Shown here: positions 61,501-64,000 of the stretch, piece after piece | Layout: each line of letters starts with the position of its first letter | Numbering within the stretch: position 1 is the stretch's first letter | Assembly (NCBI RefSeq): GCF_037042905.1 | Contig: NC_087252.1 | Location: forward strand, 20,338,001-20,402,000 | Direction: 5' to 3' | DNA: 64,000 nucleotides | From: Lytechinus pictus | Lineage: Eukaryota | Position numbers and translations under genes: made by a program | The notes under the pieces: generated by a model | The model's database searches: none | What the model saw: only the letters and a program-made list of their open reading frames with translations | Told to the model about the DNA's origin: nothing

Positions 61501-63232
61501 TTCCATCTACAATGATGTCACCCCATGATATCACTTGCGAAATCTACCGCTGACAGTAAATTGACAATTGCATTTATTAACAGGCGTTTCTTTTTTACTC
61601 TATTCCTATTTTCATTTGAAAGGATTTGAAATCAGCCTAGCAGATCAAGCAAAAATAGAGGAGAAGCGAATCGATCCTGCGAAATTGGCAAAGGAGCTCG
61701 GTGTTTCTGATGATGCCAAGCCAATGGATCCTGATGAAAGAGAAGAGAGCTGTCAATCTGTACTTCAAAGATGGAGAAACATTGTCCGTCCTACATCATT
61801 CAATCATCGCATAGTTTTGGCTGATGCTCTTCACAATCTCGGCGAGAAGGAACTTGCACTCGATATTATCTCAGGTAACAGAGAATCAAAATCATGATTA
61901 TGTGTTTTTACTCATTATTTGCTTATTCTTAATTGAGATGTTAACGGTTGAATTCCCTGAAGTGTATCACCAAAATAGCCCCCTTAAAATGAGAGAACTC
62001 AGTTATACATTGATAAAAAAGTTTGACTCATGTCATAGTCATTATTGTTATGATTAGATTACCCTATAGATGAATGCCACTTGTAACGATTTCAAAGTGA
62101 GTTCGTACAGAAATCTATCAAATAAGAAAATTATGAAAAAGTAATGTTGTAGAAATAGTGTGATTGTTGATAAATTTGGAAAATATGCACAAGATTCGAG
62201 CGATGTGCTTATCTGTTTTGGGCGATTTACAGTGCCTTTTCTCCGGCTTTGCTTTCATGATTTGACAAAGTTCAGTTCAATATACTTTAATAAATCTAGA
62301 TGATATCGTAGATGATATTGAGACCTATATTTTAGTTTTACAGACCTTCTTGTGAAATCAGTGTTTACTGGAAATGCGTTCTTTCATCCTTAATTCAGGA
62401 AAGAACGAACAATTCTCTTTCATATAAACCATAATTCTCACTACGTATTTCTTTCTGTCTTTTACTATAAATATTTCTTTCTTTCTAACGTATTCCTCTT
62501 TATTCTAAGGCAATTTAGTGGATTTGTATTTTCATATTTGACATATTTGTTCACACTCTTACTAATTGACTTTTTTGATTATTTCTTGTTTGTTACTTAT
62601 AGCAAGGAGATGTCACTTCAGAGACATGATAGAGGTGATATCTCCTTTCGTATAACGAGCCCTACTCCCTTACCATTTCCTTCAAGTGCAATATTCTGTT
62701 GTATTGTAACTTTGAATAACGTAAATTTTTACTGTTTTTAATAACTGTTTAAACAGCAAAATGAATAAAAATGATTAAATATAGGACTTGTATTGAACAT
62801 GTTGACATTAGCCATTTGTTCCATTGTCTGCAAAGAAATCAGTGTATTCAGGTAATGAATTAAACAGTCCGTTAATGCATTAATTACTCAAATCATCGAT
62901 AAATAAATGAATCAATAACTCACTCAATCACTCGTAATAAAGGCATTTTTTAAACCACTATTCTCATTTTTCTTGGTCAGGAAAGTTTCGGAAGAACGTC
63001 ATAAACAGCCGAGTATCAAAAATGCTAGCACAAACCATTTCAGACGGAGAAGTGGATAAACTGGCTTTAGTCCTTGGCAAGAAGTTGAAAAAAGATCTAA
63101 CCCCTTATGATGTTATAAACGCCTGGGTGACTGAAAATAAGTATTTCGGGTTTCTTCAGAAGAGTCCAATAACATTGAGCAACGAACTTCTCAAAGCAGG
63201 ATTCTATCCATTTGCTCATGAGATTATGACAG
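5553..63232 (+). CDS. Multi-exon gene (3' incomplete): signal peptide - Ig - Ig - TM - about 7 death-fold-like domains. Exons: 5553-5640, 8402-8515, 29255-29470, 30791-31201, 32251-32292, 32732-32806, 33250-33489, 43266-43557, 43751-43989, 44359-44613, 49457-49561, 52402-52515, 54883-55155, 55698-55979, 61623-61874, 62981-63232
   Basis: Every internal exon has an AG acceptor and a GT donor, with compatible phases (all phase 1 except one phase-2 junction at 43557/43751). The joined frame is 3250 nt with no stop and gives a coherent type I receptor topology. No terminal exon found in the window. Confidence 0.8.
5772..6290 (+). mobile_element. Decayed CR1-type LINE, C-terminal RT fragment
   Basis: Broken frames read RYLGLII..WKTHID..RANRLLGF..PILE..DKLERVQRTATKL..MSYEDRLKLLDW. 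Contains stops and frameshifts. Confidence 0.75.
7485..7865 (+). mobile_element. Full-length tRNA-derived SINE with a (GAA)n tail
   Basis: A-box TAGCTCAGTCGG (about 7496), B-box GGTTCGAGTCC (about 7553), non-tRNA body, GAAGAAGAAGAAGAA tail at 7850-7864. Confidence 0.8.
8402..8515 (+). CDS. Receptor exon: N-terminal half of Ig domain 1 (DIPVGEV...GILQCRVRGEPLAVFWEK)
   Basis: Poly-T TAG acceptor. B-strand Cys and C-strand Trp present. Donor AAG|GTAAGG, phase 1-1. Confidence 0.85.
8527..9182. mobile_element. MITE-like element with GTCCAAACTTCGCG inverted ends, starting about 10 bp after an exon donor
   Basis: GTGTCCAAACTTCGCG (about 8537) pairs with CGCGAAGTTTGGACTC (about 9155-9170), with internal copies of the motif. 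Boundaries approximate. Confidence 0.6.
9425..9927. repeat. Palindromic element: about 165-bp hairpin plus an arm bounded by 16-bp inverted repeats (Crypton-like non-autonomous repeat)
   Basis: 9425-9588 folds on itself. GTGTTGTACAACGCCT (9587-9602) and AGGCGTTGTACAACAC (9912-9927) are perfect inverted repeats. The family call is inferred. Confidence 0.6.
10015..10145. promoter_or_regulatory. Left subterminal array of AGTTGCG/CGCAACT motifs (putative Myb-like protein binding sites)
   Basis: Repeated TTGCA/TTGCG and CGCAAC half-sites, e.g. GTTGCGATCGATTGCAAC. The binding function is inferred. Confidence 0.6.
11028..11659. mobile_element. MITE nested in the Harbinger element
   Basis: Perfect 16-bp inverted repeat ATGATTCCGGACGCGC / GCGCGTCCGGAATCAT. 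Confidence 0.55.
13412..17886 (+). CDS. Harbinger Myb/SANT-like (trihelix, NAIF1/MSANTD-type) DNA-binding protein, about 263 aa. Exons 13412-13414, 13905-14024, 14898-15045, 16271-16386, 17482-17886
   Basis: MEGDKKKRRRNWHDGEV...LFG...KKYWRK...IIRKWADLKQR...TGGG has the three Trp residues and the TGGG motif typical of this family. It is followed by a Thr-rich region and a C-terminal coiled coil (LVELERERIRLLEKQ). The joined 792-nt frame is open. Confidence 0.85.
14148..14423. mobile_element. Harbinger-type MITE in an intron of the Myb-like gene
   Basis: TIR ..CCGTAACACAAAGG / CTTTGTGTTACAGAGCC. CTG on both flanks (14145-47, 14424-26). Internal about 120-bp duplication. Confidence 0.6.
19041..28630 (-). 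CDS. Harbinger (HARBI1-like, DDE_Tnp_4) transposase, 351 aa. Exons 28630-28271, 20780-20514, 20010-19874, 19332-19041
   Basis: Joined frame is 1056 nt and uninterrupted. Motifs RYRF, LNFFATG, GAVDGTH (D), YTNRKG, WPGSTHDSR, GDSGY (D) and IIEQLNGQLKNKFRCL (E). GT-AG introns of phase 0, 0 and 2. Confidence 0.93.
21851..22025. mobile_element. Short hAT-like MITE
   Basis: CAGGGGCAGCGGAAC ... GTTCTGTGGCCCCTG termini. A related copy starts at about 50331. Confidence 0.5.
26702..27506. mobile_element. Two related small MITEs (26702-26892 and 27369-27506)
   Basis: Each has a (C)TC(A/G)GTCACATTT ... AAATGT(G)(A/T)C inverted terminus, and both share an internal GCCGTTTTATTCATTT.TATTCAAAC block. Confidence 0.55.
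28650..28832. promoter_or_regulatory. Right subterminal array of AGTTGCG/AACGCA motifs, directly upstream of the transposase ATG
   Basis: Many copies of (A)GTTGCG and AACGCA, e.g. the palindrome GAGTTGCGTTTAAACGCAACTC. Confidence 0.6.
29255..29470 (+). CDS. Receptor exon: C-terminal half of V-like Ig domain 1 (...FSLVIHDVEDDDAGRYICRL...)
   Basis: Canonical L-x-I-x-x-V-x-x-x-D-x-G-x-Y-x-C motif. Donor AAG|GTAGG at 29471. A second in-frame acceptor would start the exon at 29261. Confidence 0.9.
30048..30668. mobile_element. MITE with 15-bp TIRs CCCCCATTCCACAGA
   Basis: 30048-30062 and 30654-30668 are perfect inverted repeats. Internal GGTCTTT/AAAGAC(C) motifs change orientation in the middle. 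Confidence 0.65.
30791..31201 (+). CDS. Receptor exon: Ig domain 2 (C2/C1-like; ELTCHA...LSW...YVCAA) plus Thr-rich stalk
   Basis: TAG acceptor ends at 30790. Cys-Trp-Cys Ig spacing. Donor AAG|GTATGG at 31202, with an alternative phase-1 donor at 31181. Confidence 0.85.
31225..31393. mobile_element. Harbinger-type hairpin MITE
   Basis: About 55-bp TIRs (GTTTCATAAAG...TAAGTTAAGAGCGACTTTAAGAACGACTGGTGA), flanked by CAG and CTG. Confidence 0.7.
32251..32292 (+). CDS. Receptor micro-exon: first part of the TM helix (VAIAIIVITLLIAS)
   Basis: ttgcag acceptor, A|GTAAGT donor, 42 nt, almost entirely hydrophobic. Confidence 0.85.
32732..32806 (+). CDS. Receptor exon: end of TM and basic stop-transfer (IIVVFIWRRIKKSYEPLNGDKKFIK)
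   Basis: AAG acceptor, AAG|GTAATA donor, positive-inside cluster RRIKK. Confidence 0.8.
33250..33489 (+). CDS. Receptor exon: death-fold-like domain 1
   Basis: 80-codon phase 1-1 exon. YELCKWKE...ILSRAIEEVG resembles death-domain helices 4-5. Confidence 0.7.
34100..40130 (+). mobile_element. Decayed Tx1/L1-type LINE 3' region hosting the tandem array
   Basis: Broken frames read NQVLWNNSLIKVDGK..NFLDFYSLITAI|PNEWK..KW..YMIPFKCCLSTKLRYFQYKLFNRI..ESISHLFW..YAKYFIF, a zf-RVT-like C-terminus. Confidence 0.7.
34321..39697. repeat. Tandem array of 7 near-identical units (759, 775, 759, 775, 759, 775, 775 bp). Each unit is a fold-back MITE plus a Tx1/L1 LINE fragment
   Basis: Units start at 34321, 35080, 35855, 36614, 37389, 38148 and 38923. 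The internal 16-bp CCGAAGGTTCGTTATT repeats invert at mid-unit. Confidence 0.95.
40322..42543. mobile_element. Non-autonomous hAT element (2,222 bp) with nested fragments
   Basis: TIR CAGGGCCGTAGC(C/T)AGA. Perfect 8-bp TSD AGGACACA at 40314-40321 and 42544-42551. Confidence 0.88.
43266..43989 (+). CDS. Receptor exons 43266-43557 and 43751-43989: death-fold-like domain 2, interrupted by an insert
   Basis: Motifs ISLEDLEHIC...LQLMKTWKE and IQLCLALERAG...IQLAKTFF. Phase-2 junction AG|GTAAGA...ACCAG|A keeps the frame. Confidence 0.7.
44359..44613 (+). CDS. Receptor exon: death-fold-like domain 3
   Basis: YKNLAKA...MLEGWVQEQ...RLRQAAEQCSRQDIA. Splicing to 49457 completes a typical helix 6, RQDIADIF. 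Confidence 0.78.
46466..48140. mobile_element. hAT-like non-autonomous insertion(s) inside the fold-back element
   Basis: CATTGGCGTAGC ... GTTACGCCACTG termini. Internal duplication of about 46500-46760 at about 47215-47455. No TSD found. Confidence 0.5.
46763..46791. repeat. (ATTG)n microsatellite
   Basis: About 7 direct copies. Confidence 0.9.
49457..49561 (+). CDS. Receptor linker exon (DIFITKEQSELMAPTLQASVTITNEQRKGDSETKR)
   Basis: tttccacag acceptor, G|GTAAGT donor, 105 nt, phase 1-1. Confidence 0.75.
52402..52515 (+). CDS. Receptor linker exon (EKSGNDTPQAQQSANYENLARG...AEKS)
   Basis: Weak AAG acceptor, G|GTAGGT donor, 114-nt open phase 1-1 exon with coding-like composition. Confidence 0.6.
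52795..54790 (-). mobile_element. Decayed, interrupted L2-type LINE (RT region to 3' tail)
   Basis: The minus strand reads VLLDLLAAFDTVDHALL (about 54700-54755), YADDLQI (about 54425-54445) and RLQNAAVRIVT (about 53720-53752). Tail AAGCGCTTTGAG...GCGCTATACAAG..(ATT)n at about 52795-52860. Confidence 0.75.
53063..53502. mobile_element. MITE with G/C-run termini inserted in the L2 element
   Basis: GCTGTACACATGCGTGAC (53083-53100) pairs with GTTACGCATGTGTACAGC (53451-53468). Confidence 0.6.
54883..55155 (+). CDS. Receptor exon: divergent death-fold-like domain 4 (VTDISLDELKRIC...)
   Basis: CAG acceptor, G|GTAAGG donor. The N-terminus resembles ISLEDLEHIC in exon 43266. Confidence 0.72.
55698..55979 (+). 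CDS. Receptor exon: death domain 5 (FAKALNISDEEL...KLLLEM...DLKQAGYLKEA)
   Basis: Death-domain helix pattern. G|GTGAGT donor, phase 1-1. Confidence 0.8.
56042..58648. mobile_element. hAT-like non-autonomous element with internal about 105-bp tandem repeats and a (TA)n(TG)n microsatellite
   Basis: TIR CATGGG(C/T)GGAAATC. Degenerate 8-bp flanks ending TCAC. Tandem repeats at 57640-58435, microsatellite at 58439-58557. Confidence 0.65.
56082..57606. mobile_element. Ginger-like fold-back non-autonomous element (TGT...ACA) nested in the hAT-like element
   Basis: TIR TGTT(G/A)CACCC(A/G)CAAATGTAATAA with long imperfect arms. Flanks CTCCC and GTCCC. Internal about 55-bp repeats AACCGGGTCTGGAAAAAAGACTTTGGACTTAT. 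Confidence 0.7.
59184..60907. mobile_element. Harbinger-like non-autonomous element (about 1.7 kb) with a nested GGGCCTGTAACACAAAG MITE at about 60624-60752
   Basis: TIR CCATGTTTACACTTGATCGGCTTTTG / CAAAAGCCGATTAATTGTAAACACGG. Subterminal GCCGATGCA and CTCGCGGTTCAGAACC repeats. Confidence 0.65.
61623..61874 (+). CDS. Receptor exon: death domain 6 (LAKELGVS...VLQRWR...LADALHNLGEKELA)
   Basis: Closest match to the classical death-domain consensus. CAG|GTAACA donor. Confidence 0.87.
62981..63232 (+). CDS. Receptor exon: death-fold-like domain 7 (KLALVLG...VINAWV...LSNELLKAGFYPFA)
   Basis: tcttggtcag acceptor, CAG|GTAAAT donor, 252 nt, phase 1-1. The gene continues past the window. Confidence 0.8.
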
Positions 63233-63524
63233 GTAAATTTAAAATCATCTCGTGGAATTTTAATTGAATGTCAGGGACCATGAATGCTTTTAAATGTTAC
63301 AAGGGGGTGCGAGATGAACAATCATAAAATGACAAATTGTCTGTTGTTTTCGTACGTTTTGGGGGAATGTCTACCCCAAAAAAGTGCACGGGCGAGGGCT
63401 GGAGCCCTTTGCAGCTCAACCCCCGTTTCAGCTGCCGTGAGCGTTATTGAACTTTTGCGACGTTTAGTGAAAAACGGTTATATGCACGTCGTCATGACTA
63501 TACGCTAATGATGTCATGTTCCCA

Positions 63525-63763
63525 CACAGCAAAAAGTGTGGTGTTAACCAGTGTACATAGAGGACCACACCAATTATTTTACACCGGTGTTAAATTGGTG
63601 GTGTTAGTTTTACACATATAGGTGTTATTACAACACCTATGGTTGTTACATTTACACTCTTCAGTGTTATGTTCAATCTCTAGGGTGCTATTTTAACACC
63701 TCAAGGTGTGGTCCTCTATTAACACCAATTGGTGTCAGTTTTAACACCACAGTTTTTACAGTG
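63525..63763. mobile_element. EnSpm/CACTA-like MITE
   Basis: TIR CACAGCAAAAAGTGTGGTGTTAA / TTAACACCACAGTTTTTACAGTG, 2-bp TSD CA, internal AACACC repeats. Confidence 0.65.
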
Positions 63764-64000
63764 CACTCTACCTTATGTTATCACATGATATCATATTAAT
63801 TTCATATTTCTATACATTTTTGAATGATATTTCTCCATTATAATGAACTATGTTAAAGCAATGAATAATTCAATACCGAATGCATTAGATGCTTGTCCAA
63901 TCTTTTTAATTATCGGAGGAAAAAATATTACATGTAAATATACTATCATAAAATAAAATACCAAAGAACACATTGGGTTTTGGGTTTTTACATGAGTATA

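Overview
AT-rich, intron- and repeat-rich animal genomic DNA. The repeat families and gene style suggest an echinoderm such as a sea urchin, but this is inference. By joining GT-AG exons by hand I found three main things. (1) One large + strand gene spans the window, with 16 coding exons from 5553 to at least 63232. The frame is open throughout (>=1083 aa) and still open at the window end. It encodes a type I membrane receptor: signal peptide, 2 Ig domains, a TM helix, and a cytoplasmic array of about 7 death-fold-like domains, mostly one per phase-1 exon. (2) The intron that splits the first Ig domain holds an apparently intact, autonomous 18.9-kb PIF/Harbinger DNA transposon (9998-28849). 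It has 17-bp TIRs, a CTG TSD, a 351-aa DDE transposase (4 exons, - strand) and a convergent 263-aa Myb/SANT-like gene (5 coding exons, + strand). (3) The introns carry many nested non-autonomous elements. These include a 5.4-kb tandem array of 759/775-bp units with higher-order structure, a 3.5-kb fold-back element with very long TIRs and a 6-bp TSD, hAT-, Harbinger-, Ginger- and EnSpm-like MITEs, tRNA-derived SINEs, and CR1, L2 and Tx1 LINE fragments. All domain and family calls come from motif reading, not database searches.
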